From Amoebidium appalachense (taxonomy: Eukaryota > Protista > Ichthyosporea), in the NCBI GenBank assembly GCA_963693365.1, contig CAVNZM010000004.1:12635945-12699944 (forward strand): a DNA stretch of 64,000 nucleotides. The letters run 5' to 3'. The translations under genes and the position numbers were made by a program. The notes below the pieces were generated by a model. That model worked only from the letters and a program-made list of their open reading frames with translations. It was not told the DNA's origin and made no database searches. Positions 1 to 9,967 of this stretch are shown piece after piece. The first letter of the stretch is position 1. Each line of letters opens with the position of its first letter.

Positions 1-485
1 ATTGCGGTGCGCGTTCTTTCGAACAAGCGGTCCAGCGCGTCTTCGATCTTGAACGGCGCGAGGTACTGATGGCTGCAGCCGGCGGGAAGCGCGAAGCGCA
101 CCCGGTACTGGCCGGGGTTGTCGAGCAGCCCGTCCATGACCTTGCGATGGACCTCCCTCGCCAGCGCTGCCGTGAACGTGCGCGCATCGACCCCCGTCCA
201 GACCCACGGCGTGGGAAACAGTTCCCGGACTGCGACGACGAGGTTTCCGAGTTTCTTCGAGAACCGTGTGTGTTCGGAAACTTCACTGGGGCGCGAGAGC
301 ATACTCTCGATGTCTTCGGCTGGCACCTTTTCGTTTGTTTCCAGCTCCATAATCTGCTTGACGTACAACACCAGGTGGTGGCCTGTGTACCCGCGCATGA
401 ACAACTCGCTGTCCTCGTGGTTGGCCAGAAAGGTGTGCACCAGGTCAAGGCACCGCACAACCACGCCTTCGCCGAGATCAGGCAT
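1..485 (-). CDS. Fic/DOC-domain protein, N-terminal part (runs off the window; absent from the ORF track)
   Basis: Manual translation from ATG 485 is open to base 1: MPDLGEGVVVRCLDLVHTFL...FTAALAREVHRKVMDGLLDNPGQYRVRFALPAGCSHQYLAPFKIEDALDRLFERTRTA. This fits the Fic pattern (lH..lm.g....G.yR...h.y..p..i...l..l) that precedes HPFxxGNGR, which would lie just outside the window. Confidence 0.72.
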   Translation of the reverse strand, partial: MPDLGEGVVVRCLDLVHTFLANHEDSELFMRGYTGHHLVLYVKQIMELETNEKVPAEDIESMLSRPSEVSEHTRFSKKLGNLVVAVRELFPTPWVWTGVDARTFTAALAREVHRKVMDGLLDNPGQYRVRFALPAGCSHQYLAPFKIEDALDRLFERTRTA

Positions 486-990
486 CACTTGTCTCTACAC
501 CGAGAGAAAAAACAGACATGTGCAACATGTTTCAATGTTTGAAATCCCCACGACGCGGGCATGCACGGCCGGCCGGGAGGGGCGGGGCGGGGCGGGGCAC
601 ACAGGCCCGGCCCGGGAGGCAGGCGTGGCGCGTGCGCTGGGGAGAAACGCGGGCACCCCCAGCCACCCCAGCCCCCCACCGGGAACCAGCAGTCAACTCG
701 GGGTTGGTTTGGGGTGTGTTGATTGGCCAGTGAGTGCAGCGCCTGCTCCCTCCACAGCCAATGAGCGTTGAGTGCCTTAGATCAGTTGTGTCCGATTGGA
801 GAACATGTACAGCGGTGTAGGGCCGAATAGGGGATTTTGATTGGTGTCAGGTGAGAGCCCGGGACCGCTGCAGCCAATGGGCGACAGCGGGGCCCCCCGA
901 CGGCTCGGCACAAGGGTACATAAGCAAAGACGGTGTTGTCAAAAGCACACTCTTGCTGCAGCGTGACAGTGGGCTTTTGGAATTGCCAAC

Positions 991-2019
991 ATGACGCACA
1001 TTGAGCGTATTCACATTCTCGGTAAGGACCGCGAGCCCCGGTTCGCCTACCAACCGGAGCTGTTCTACACGCTGCACCTGCACCCCGAGGCGCCTGGCTC
1101 GATCCGCATGGGCACCGCCGCGATCTTCAGCACGAAGACAGGGGAGGAGAGGGTGTGGCCGGTCGACGTCATCCTCTCCGGGCCGGTACCGCGGCAGTTT
1201 GTCGACGAGGAGGGGCGGTGGACCCAGCGGGACAGTTACACACCTCCCGACCCCCGCTTCGAAGGGCGTGGCAGCGCGGTGTGGCGTGCACTGTACGACG
1301 AGCTCCAGGCGCCGGCGCTGCGCAGCCTCATCCCCGACGACACGGGCCTCGGGTTTCTCCTCCGCAAGTGCCCCCACCCCGACTTCGACGATGTGGACAA
1401 CGACAACGACGAGGTGATCACCGTCGAGGAGACTGAGCACGTCTGGGGTGTGAGGCTTGGGCAGGCGATGGCGGCTCCGACCGTGGTTCGGCCGCTCCAC
1501 CAGGTCGTCGAGAGCGCGACGGTCCGCGCGGCACCGGTGCCGGACGAGCAGTGTTCCGTGTACGCATTGAACACGTTGGACAGCGACGAGGAGGCCAGGA
1601 CGGTAGAAATGTTTGAGGTCTGGCCGGTGCTTCATTGTGGGCAGCCCGCGCTGCGCCTGGGTCTCTACTACCTGCTGGCCGAGCTGAAGCTGGCCGAGCG
1701 CTTTGTGCCCCTGGACGTCATCGTCCAAGGCGACTGGGTCGAGGCGAAGATCGACGAGCACGGGACGTGGAGGGCCGGAGCGGTGGTTGGGCGAAGGGCG
1801 GTGGGCAGCGAGGATGCGTTCTACCTCCAGATTTACATTGCGCTCGGCCGGCACTTCGGGTTGGGGGTGCTGTCGCGGCAGATGCTGGGAATGGATGCTA
1901 CCAGGACGGAGGTGCTTCGTATTGCACCACGCAGAGTGTACGAGCTGGATTATGACGTGGACACCGTGGACTTCGAAGTCCCGTTCGAGGGCCACGCGTT
2001 TAAGCATGCATTTTCGTGA
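991..2019 (+). CDS. Hypothetical viral protein, 342 aa
   Basis: Long ORF with strong G/C third-position bias, a CCAACATG start context and upstream CCAAT boxes. No recognisable motif. Confidence 0.75.
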   Translation: MTHIERIHILGKDREPRFAYQPELFYTLHLHPEAPGSIRMGTAAIFSTKTGEERVWPVDVILSGPVPRQFVDEEGRWTQRDSYTPPDPRFEGRGSAVWRALYDELQAPALRSLIPDDTGLGFLLRKCPHPDFDDVDNDNDEVITVEETEHVWGVRLGQAMAAPTVVRPLHQVVESATVRAAPVPDEQCSVYALNTLDSDEEARTVEMFEVWPVLHCGQPALRLGLYYLLAELKLAERFVPLDVIVQGDWVEAKIDEHGTWRAGAVVGRRAVGSEDAFYLQIYIALGRHFGLGVLSRQMLGMDATRTEVLRIAPRRVYELDYDVDTVDFEVPFEGHAFKHAFS

Positions 2020-2048
2020 CAGACGGGTGAACCTGGCGAACTTGGTGA

Positions 2049-2189
2049 TTGGTTGCGCATATGTGAGCCTAAACCCTAAGGGTTGTGTGGGGGGTGGGGG
2101 TGGGTGTGTATTTGCGTTGGTTGCGCATATGTGAGCCTAAACCCTAAGGGTTGTGTGGGGGGTCGGGGTGGGTGTGTATTTGCGTTGGT
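2049..2189. repeat. 68-bp direct duplication containing the dyad AACCCT-A-AGGGTT
   Basis: ttggttgcgcatatgtgagcctaaaccctaagggttgtgtggggg...gggtgtgtatttgcg starts at 2049 and again at 2117. Confidence 0.9.
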
Positions 2190-2391
2190 CATTTGCCCAC
2201 AGGATGGGTCAAAACGCGCAGCGCGCAAATAAACCACAAAAACACACGAGCGCGCCCCACCGTGTGGCCCGCGAGGCCTGGGAGGCCCGCCCGCCCGGCG
2301 AGCCACGCGTGCCACGCGTGCCACGCATGCCCCCACGCCCCGCCCCGGCGCGGGAATTTTCACGCCGGGTTTTGGGCAGCCACCCACCAAT

Positions 2392-2568
2392 ATGACCGAT
2401 GGCAATTTTGGTTGTGTGTGCGCCTCCGCCGCTTCCGATTTTGTAGTCGAGGAGCAATGAGTTCACGCCCGCGCGGCAGATGACCGATGGCCATTTTGGT
2501 TGTGTGTGCGCCTCCGCCGCTTCCGATTTTGTAGTCGAGGAGCAATGAGTTCACGCCCGCGTGGCAGA
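2392..2568 (+). repeat. 88-bp tandem duplication of the AAA-ATPase leader and first codons
   Basis: atgaccgatggc...gaggagcaATGagttcacgcccgcg(c/t)ggcag at 2392 and 2480. The first copy gives MSSRPRGR-stop and the second starts the ATPase. Confidence 0.9.
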
Positions 2569-4019
2569 CCCCCGAAACGCGCCAGAACCGAGGAACCGGA
2601 GGACGATGACCCGCTCACCTCATGGTTCTCTGGGATTTGGCAGCTGACCGCCGACCGTGCAAGGGACCGTGCGGACGCGGTGGGGGCTTCAAGCAAGTTG
2701 ACACCGGAGCAAAGGGACGCGCTGTACAAGGACTACATGACCAACTGCGATATCTTTGCCAGTATCCACAACGACGTAGAAAACCGCGAGATCACGACCC
2801 CAATCAGACAGATCGTCTTCCCGCCCGACGGTGACGGCCTCGAGCCACGCGACGAGGACCTGGCAGAGTTTATGAACATTAATGGGCTGAAGGAGGCGAA
2901 GCAGAAGCTTTTTGAAACCGTTATTGTTCCACGATTTGTGCCCGAACTGTTCCGCAGCCTGCGAACGCCTGGGCGGGGAATTCTGATGTTTGGTCCACCC
3001 GGGACCGGCAAGACGTTTATTGCGAGCAAGTTGGCGCAGGTGGGCAGGTCGACGTTTATGAACGTGTCGTCCGCTGTGCTCAACTCAAAGTGGGAGGGCA
3101 ACTCGGAGAAGGCGGTGCAGGCGGTGTTTTCGCTCGCAAGGTGCCTGCGTCCCACTGTCATGTTTCTGGACGAAGCCGAGTCGATACTGGGCTCCCGAAA
3201 CCGCAACAGTGCGAGTGGGTCGGGCAACTCGTACAAGATCACAAACCAGTTTCTTTCGGAGTACGACGGGCTGCGCAAGAACAATGACCATATGCTGTAT
3301 GTGGCCGCGACAAACCTGCCGTTCGACCTTGACCGGGCGATTCTGAGGCGATTTCCCATTCTCGTGTTTGTTGACCTGCCGCTACCGATCGACATCCTCG
3401 AACTGATATTGGAAAAACTGGACGAATTCCAAGCGGAGTATCCCCTGAGCGTCGACCCAACGCTGCTAGTAGTTAATGACGGGGTTCACACCCCGCGAGA
3501 GGCCCTGCAGAAGTTGGCGTACTGGATGTTTCTCAAGTCGTATTCCACATCGGACATCCTCAATCTAATCAAGCAGGCTGCGACGGTGCCAATGTCTCGG
3601 CGCATTCGGGAGATTTTTCAGTCACCCTCAGGCACAGGCAGCTTTGCCGGAGAGCTAAAGGGCTGATCGAAAGACAGCCCAAGCCACTGGCAGTGCGGGA
3701 TTTCCTGTCGGCGGCAAATACTGTTCTCCCCGCGTTTACAAAGTTTGACGATGACATGGCATACACCGCGGACTACATCGAGCTATTTGCATTCAAGATC
3801 AATATTGAATGGCGGCGCGGCGAAACGATGCCCCCTGGGTTTGCACACGCACTCCAACAGCACAGGGATGCGGAGCTGAACCCAACCAGCTTGTGGGGAC
3901 CCGAGGTTCCGACATGGTACGTCCACGACGTCCGCGAGGGCAAGGATTACGCCCTTGGTCGTTACTACCAGGAGCAGGTGCTGCCGGAATTGGATATTGT
4001 GCTCGTCGACGGCGATTGA
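2545..4019 (+). CDS. Vps4/katanin/spastin-type AAA+ ATPase, split by a -1 frameshift at ~3657-3663
   Basis: Walker A GILMFGPPGTGKT, pore loop SKWEGNSEK, Walker B MFLDEAE and SRH AATNLPFDLDRAILRRF. Frame 0 stops at 3666. The -1 frame continues KGLIERQPKPLAVRDFLSAANTVLP (resembling the AAA lid/Vps4-C 'DF..A...P' helix) to 4019. Confidence 0.88.
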
Positions 4020-4292
4020 ACCCGGGTGTGTATTTTGGTAATCAATTGGCAATCGATCAATGTGATCGATCGATAGCCATTCTGGTTGTGTGTGTGTGTG
4101 CCGTAACCCGCAGCCTGCAATCGGTCAATGTGACCGGTTGTCATTTCGCTAGGCACTGGGGTACTTGGCAGCCAAATGCCTCAAATTGAGGCCTTTGAAA
4201 TGGTTAACCAGTGAAGTGGATGTGTTGCACCCTCCCGCTGGCCGGGTACAAAAGGCGCCGCCCGCAAAATAAAATCGCAGTCTTACTCTGAA

Positions 4293-5672
4293 ATGACTTC
4301 AAACATGTCTCCCCCACCCTCTTACTCTCCCAGCCCTCTTGGCCCCGACTGGCGCCCGCCCGCGGGCCACGAGTCGCGCGTGGATACGTCGTCGGTGCCC
4401 GCGTGGCCCGGCGTGCGCCCGTTCTTCGCGCCGGACGGGGAGAAGGTGCTGACGTACCTGACGAAGTTCGACGGGCACGTGTTCTTCAACGCGTGGTACT
4501 CGGCGATGATGGGGAGCAAGGAGACGGGTGTGAGAAAGAACCCGGTTGACTGGAAAAAGGACAATGCAAATACGATTTCGAAGGTTGTTTCGGTGGTGCA
4601 GGCGTCCCAGACGACATTAGGGGATGCCCTAACGTCCTCTGTTGTGTCTTCCGATTGGTTGATTCGCCCTACCTTTGCAAACATCAAGAAGCTACCCGCC
4701 GTGGGCAACCCGGACGGCTCTGTCGCCTAAGCCTTCGCAACGCATGGTCTGATACCCGCCATCGAGATGTACCGCGGGACCTGGTTCGCGTTCGAGCTGA
4801 CCGCGCCGTTTCTGCGCTACTGCTTTCCCGCGCTGCGGGACTTCTGGGACAACGTGATGGTCAAGTCGCACCTGGGCCAGATGGACTACTTCGCGGACCT
4901 GGTGCGCATCGCCGACCAAGGACGCGGCGACGGGGCCAAGACCAAGTCCGTGCACATCGACATGGAGGCCGCGGACGCGGAGGGCCCGCGCGCGGGCAAG
5001 CGTGAGCGCGAAGACGACGGGGAGCAGCAGGTGGCCAAGCGCAACCCGCTGGACGCGATGCTGGAACCGGGCAACTGGTTCAAGCCGGGAGTGGATTTCG
5101 ACACCGCGCTCGAGCAACTCAACAAGTTCATCACCACCGCGCACCGCGACATCTACACCAACTACTGCCCCGAGGCACTCGCGGCGGTCAAGCGCGCGGA
5201 GGAGGTAGAGCGACAGGAGCGGGCCAAGCAGGACACGATCCAGCGGGGCATCGACTCGACGCTTGCCATGGTGAAGGCAGTGCGCGAGATGAAGGCCGAG
5301 CTCAAGGGTCTGGACGTGCACTTCGTGGCCTGGCGGCAGCTGAACTTCGACTGGTCGCTCAAGGCGGCCGGTGGGGCGTGTGTGTATGCGCTGCACATCG
5401 ACGGCTACATTAAGATCGGGCACACGGGCAACTCGCTTTTCCAGCGCTACAAGTATGACCTGTGGTCCCACGACATGAAGGAGCTCATCATCATATGTAT
5501 GCCCCACCGCAACAAGAACGAGGCGGAGCAGTTCGAAAAGCTGGTGCAGAACCAGCTCAAGCAGGTGCGCGTGATGGTGGGCAACAAGCGCGAGATGTTC
5601 GCGGCGGACTACGTGCGCGTGTCAAACGCGTTCAAGGAGGTGTACGGGGACGACGACATCCGCTTTGTCTGA
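4293..5672 (+). pseudogene. KilA-N (APSES-like) domain + coiled coil + T5orf172/GIY-YIG-like domain protein, interrupted by an in-frame TAA at 4728-4730
   Basis: ORFs 4293-4730 and 4767-5672 share one frame. KilA-N hallmarks DGHVFFNA..K.P.DW.K and RGTWFAFELTAPFLRYCFP lie on either side of the stop. The C-terminal CVYALHIDGYIKIGHT..R...E.LV...L....KREMF fits T5orf172. Confidence 0.75.
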
Positions 5673-5869
5673 TTCTGGATGTATCTGGATGTCCGTGAAC
5701 CAGTCACGGACTTCTGTGTTCACGAACCGCACCTATAAAACCGTCTACTTCGCATCATCTTTGAAGATCACGAATCACTCAAGCAATCACTCAAGATGAG
5801 TGATTGCCAGTTGGTTTGCATCCAAGTTGCGCATATAAAACGCCGACTCGCACGAGAGATGTGTGCAGA

Positions 5870-6526
5870 ATGGACTTCATCGAGCGTCTGAAACAAAACG
5901 AGATTCCCTACCCACAGGGAAGTACACAGTGGCTGCGCGCGCGCGCATCCATGCTCACGGCCTCGGACGTGGGCGCCGCGCTGGGGGTGAACCCGTACGA
6001 GACGCGGAAGGACCTGATCGAGCACAAGTCCGGGCTGAAGCGGCGGGTCGTGGACCCCGTGTTCGTGGCATTCGGACACAAGCACGAGGCCAACGCGGCG
6101 GACGCGTACATGCGCGCGACGGGGCGCTCGTGCATCGAGCTTGGGCTGATCCGGCACGCGGAGCACCGGTGGCTGGGGGCGAGCCCGGACCGGGTGACGC
6201 TGTGCGGGCGCGCGGTGGAGATCAAGGTGCCGTACAAGCGCAAGTTCATGGACGGACAGCCGATCCCCGAGCACTATGTGGCGCAGGTGCAGACACAGCT
6301 GTTTGTGCTGGGGCTGGAGGTCGCGGACTTTGTGCAGTTCGACCCGCGCGACGGGTCGCTGCGCATCGACGAGATCCCGCGGGACAAGGAGTGGTGGGCC
6401 AAGCACGGCAAGACATTAATGAGTTTTCAGGCCAAAGTGTTAGACATACGCGCAGACCACGAGCTGCAGGGATGGGAGACAGAGGACCAAGACACGGCGA
6501 TTTGTCACATTCCCGACTTTATATAA
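5870..6526 (+). CDS. YqaJ-like viral recombinase / lambda-exonuclease family nuclease
   Basis: QGSTQWLRAR..LTASDVGAALG.NPY, FGHKHE, WLGASPD, VEIKVP and Y.AQVQ.QL match the PD-(D/E)xK YqaJ motif set. SPDR replaces the usual SPDG. Confidence 0.93.
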   Translation: MDFIERLKQNEIPYPQGSTQWLRARASMLTASDVGAALGVNPYETRKDLIEHKSGLKRRVVDPVFVAFGHKHEANAADAYMRATGRSCIELGLIRHAEHRWLGASPDRVTLCGRAVEIKVPYKRKFMDGQPIPEHYVAQVQTQLFVLGLEVADFVQFDPRDGSLRIDEIPRDKEWWAKHGKTLMSFQAKVLDIRADHELQGWETEDQDTAICHIPDFI

Positions 6527-6785
6527 CTTGCACGGCGATGTGTGTAGATGGACACAGTCCACCGACTACACCCCAGCCCCGGCCATCAGTCGCAGTAGCG
6601 GCATCGGCAGTATATATACGACAAAGGGGTGTACGGTAAGATAGAGCATCAACAGGTACCGCTTTATCAATTTGAAATTTTGTTTTTTTGTGCAAGTGTG
6701 CTGGTCCGGGTGGCCAGGTGCCTGTATGGTGGGTGAAAACGGATCCAGTGACACCATGACTGCTTTATGGTTAATATATTATACA

Positions 6786-7022
6786 ATGAAGCCCAAGTAT
6801 GTCAAGGGACGGTACTGTAGAAGAGACAAACGGATCTACCGCCGAAAGCTCCGAAACGCACGAAAAAAGTACAAAGTCCAAAAGAAACATCTAAAACGCA
6901 TATGGGAACCATCCTATCGTGTACTTGACTATGTGACCGGCATACCGACCATGACAACCAAAAACGGGTGGGACATCACAAGCTACGAGTACCCCCTACA
7001 CTACAACATTTCCCGTGTGTAA
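6786..7022 (+). CDS. Small Lys/Arg-rich hypothetical protein
   Basis: MKPKYVKGRYCRRDKRIYRRKLRNARKKYKVQKKHLKRIW.... It fills the gap and converges on the next gene with stops 2 bp apart. Confidence 0.4.
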   Translation: MKPKYVKGRYCRRDKRIYRRKLRNARKKYKVQKKHLKRIWEPSYRVLDYVTGIPTMTTKNGWDITSYEYPLHYNISRV

Positions 7023-7024
7023 GT

Positions 7025-9516
7025 CTACAAGGCCGCGGCCGCGTTGGAGGGGGGCTCGTCGTTGCCGGGGCCGTCGGCGCGATGGCGTCTGCGAGGTGTT
7101 TCTTCGTCCCGCCCGTCGCCATCGTCCGCCTCCGACCTCCGCCTTTTCTGGGCGGATTGCGACTCGAACACTTCCATTAAACCCTTCAACCGGGCGCCGA
7201 CCCCAGTCTCGATGCGAGATTCTATGTCTTTTTCCAAATCTTCTTTTTCCTTGGCCAGTTCGGTAATCCTCGCCTCCTTCCTTTCCATTTTCGCTGCGTA
7301 TTTCGAGTTCTTGCTAATTTCCTCCCGATAGGCCTGTGTGGTCTTTGAAAGCTCCCGTTTGAGGTTGGCCACCTTCCCTATCTCGTCAGTGAGCTCCGTA
7401 TTGAGTTCTTTAAGTTCCCCCTCGAGGTGTTTACGCTCCGCTTCCTTGGTCTCCTTCAATTTCGTGTTTTCGGCTTCGAGTTTGCGAACTTTCTCTTCGA
7501 GGCCGTTGATCGTTGTCGAGTCCGCGTTGTTACGACGTGTTAGCTCCTCGATCTTCGCGTCCTTCTCCGCGCTAAGCTTGTCCAATCTTTCCCTCATCTC
7601 TCTTTCTCCCACGGCTGCGATCTTCAAGCTTTGCTTCAGCGTCGCCCTTTCCTGCTCGAGCTTAACGATCTGCGCGCGGTGCCGCTCCGAAACCATGCCG
7701 ACGAGGCGCGTGATGGTGGAAACAACCTGCAAAGTGGCCTCGGAGTCGCCGTGGAGTAGACCGGATAGTTCGCTCAAGGGGTCGGCTGGGGGTGGGGGTC
7801 CGGGGAGTGCGAGGCGCGCGCGCCGTCTAATGTCTTGCTCCTGCTCCTCCTCCTCGGCCTCTCGTTCTCGTTCGATCTCTCGCACCGCTCCCTTGTTCTC
7901 CTCACGCTCATCTCGCTCCGTTCCCTCGTTCTGTGGATCTCGTTCCAAATCTCGCTCCTCTCGCACTTGCTCCTCTCTCTCCTTCTCCGCTCGCTCCTTC
8001 TCTCGTTCCATCTCTCGCTCCTTCTCTCGTTCCTCCGCTCGCTCCTTCTCTCGTTCCTTCTCTCGCTCCTTCTCTCGTTCCTCCGCTCGCTCCTTCTCTC
8101 GTTCCTTCTCTCGTTCCTTCTCTCGTTCCTTCTCTCGTTCCATCTCTCGCTCCTTCTCTCGTTCCTTCTCTCGCTCCTTCTCTCGCTCCTTCTCTCGTTC
8201 CATCTCTCGCTCCTTCTCTCGCACTCGCTCCCTCCGCTTGCTCCTTCTCTCGCTCCTTCTCTCGTTCCATCTCTCGCTCCTTCTCTCGCTCCTTCTCTCG
8301 CACTCGCTCCCTCCGCTTGCTCCTTCTCTCGCTCCTTCTCTCGTTCCATCTCTCGCTCCTTCTCTCGCTTCTTCTTCTCTCGCTCCATCTCTCGCTCCTT
8401 CTCTCGTTCCATCTCTCGCTCCTTCTCTCGCTCCTTCTCTCTCTTGTTGTCCTCTCGATCCTTTCGCTTCTTTCGCTCCATTTCTCGATCCAACCTTGCG
8501 CTCTCTCGGTTAATTCGCGCCTCCCCTCGCCGCTGACTCTGCAGCTGTTTCTGTTGCTGGGCCCCAGCAGGCGAATGGAACAGTCCGGTCGTGGAAAATG
8601 GTTGGCGTTGCCCCGTGTGTGCCCCAGGAGAGAAGAGTCGTGGCTGTGCAAATGGTATAGGCTGTGGAGAGGCCTGCAGAGGCCGTGTCATTAGGGGTTG
8701 TGGCTGAAACCCGAATTGCCGAGGGTCGAGAGTGTTGGGTAGAATTGGTCTGTTTTTGGTGCCGCCGGTTGTGGTTTGGGGTCCCGTGGTGGGAGCTGCC
8801 GGGGATGCAGAGGACGGTGCTGTCAGGAGTGGAAGATCGAACGGGGATGCAGAGGACGGTGCTGTCAGGAGTGGAAGATCGGACGGGGATGCAGAGGACG
8901 GTGCTGTCAGGGGTGGAAGATCGAAGTCGACAAACCAATCTACAGTGGGTGGAAAATCAATCTCTTCCTCTTGTCGGATCAACCCCTCGAAATTTTCAAT
9001 CGCCGACCAATCTATGTCCTGGGGCGGAATTGTCATCGAAGGGCGGAAAGTCTTTCCGGGTGTAAAACGTTGCAAAAATGTTGCCAAAGAACACGGATAA
9101 ACCAACGCGTTCACACTGGTCAAACGTGTAGCCGTTAAAGGTTCAACATAGAGGACTTTCAACTCATCGGCTACATGCCTTAGTATCCCGGCTGCTTTTC
9201 TCAGGCGGAGGAATTCAGAAAGCGAAGGTGCCGTGATGTGTTCATCTGGCTGTGTGCGCGATGAAGAATGTGAAGCAACGTGAATGAAATGGTGGAACGG
9301 CGTATTTGGTCCTGTTTTGGTAGAAGGTACACAAACGTGGTTGTGGTCTTCTGTGCACTCGCCCAACGCGCACGATTTATCTATAGTCACATCCAAAAAC
9401 ACATCATCTCCCCTCGTCACTAACGCTGCCTCAAAATATCGATCTTCACCAACTCTGACTCCAATAGTGCCTGGGGCGTACAGGCGCAATAAGCATGCAA
9501 ACTGTGCTCGGTCCAT
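7025..9516 (-). pseudogene. Large protein with an N-terminal globular region, a P/S/Q-rich linker, (REKE/REME)n charged repeats and a C-terminal coiled coil; frameshifted twice in the repeat tract
   Basis: ORF 9516-7774 reads sensibly up to EKEQAE, then the REKE repeats move to a second and third frame (ORF 8224-7025). A 79-bp unit is duplicated at 8221 and 8300. A 42-bp unit (DLP[P/L]LTAPSSASP) occurs three times at ~8800-8925. Confidence 0.72.
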
Positions 9517-9967
9517 ATCTCGCGGAGTCTACGAATTCTTACGCATTTTCGGCCTAGCGATTTAGTACATTGTGGCAGCTTATTTGGCCAGGGCTGGGTT
9601 TTGTACGTTTTTTTTTTATCAAAGAGTCGCGCAGCCAATCGTTCACTTCCGATGAACCAACAACCAATCGTTATTTCGATAGGAAATCGGTGATTGGATG
9701 ATATTCAGCCAACAAATGGGCTGTTGCCATGTGTCATTAATGATTGGTTTGTCGAAATGTCTCGCATTTTTCTTGACTTGTTGGATCGCTGATCTTCAAC
9801 CAGTCATATATCTACAAATTGCTTTTCTGTTATTTTAATTGGCTAGACGTCGTGCAAGTGTTTTGGGCTAAAAGATTCCCGTGCTGTGATTGGTTGCTCA
9901 ATCGTATCACGTTGGAAGATGCATCGGTATGTTGTTTTGCTTTATTGAGTCTCTCGGGTCGGACGTT

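Noticed and set aside
69-2007. ORFs 69-542, 118-771 (+) and 847-2007 (-)
   Set aside because: Antisense shadows of the GC3-rich Fic gene and of the 991-2019 gene.
2069-2155. Telomere or telomeric integration signal (CCTAAACCCTAA)
   Set aside because: Only about two units per copy and internal to the element; not a telomeric array.
7338-8694. Long S/R/L-rich plus-strand ORFs
   Set aside because: Antisense translations of the REKE repeat tract.
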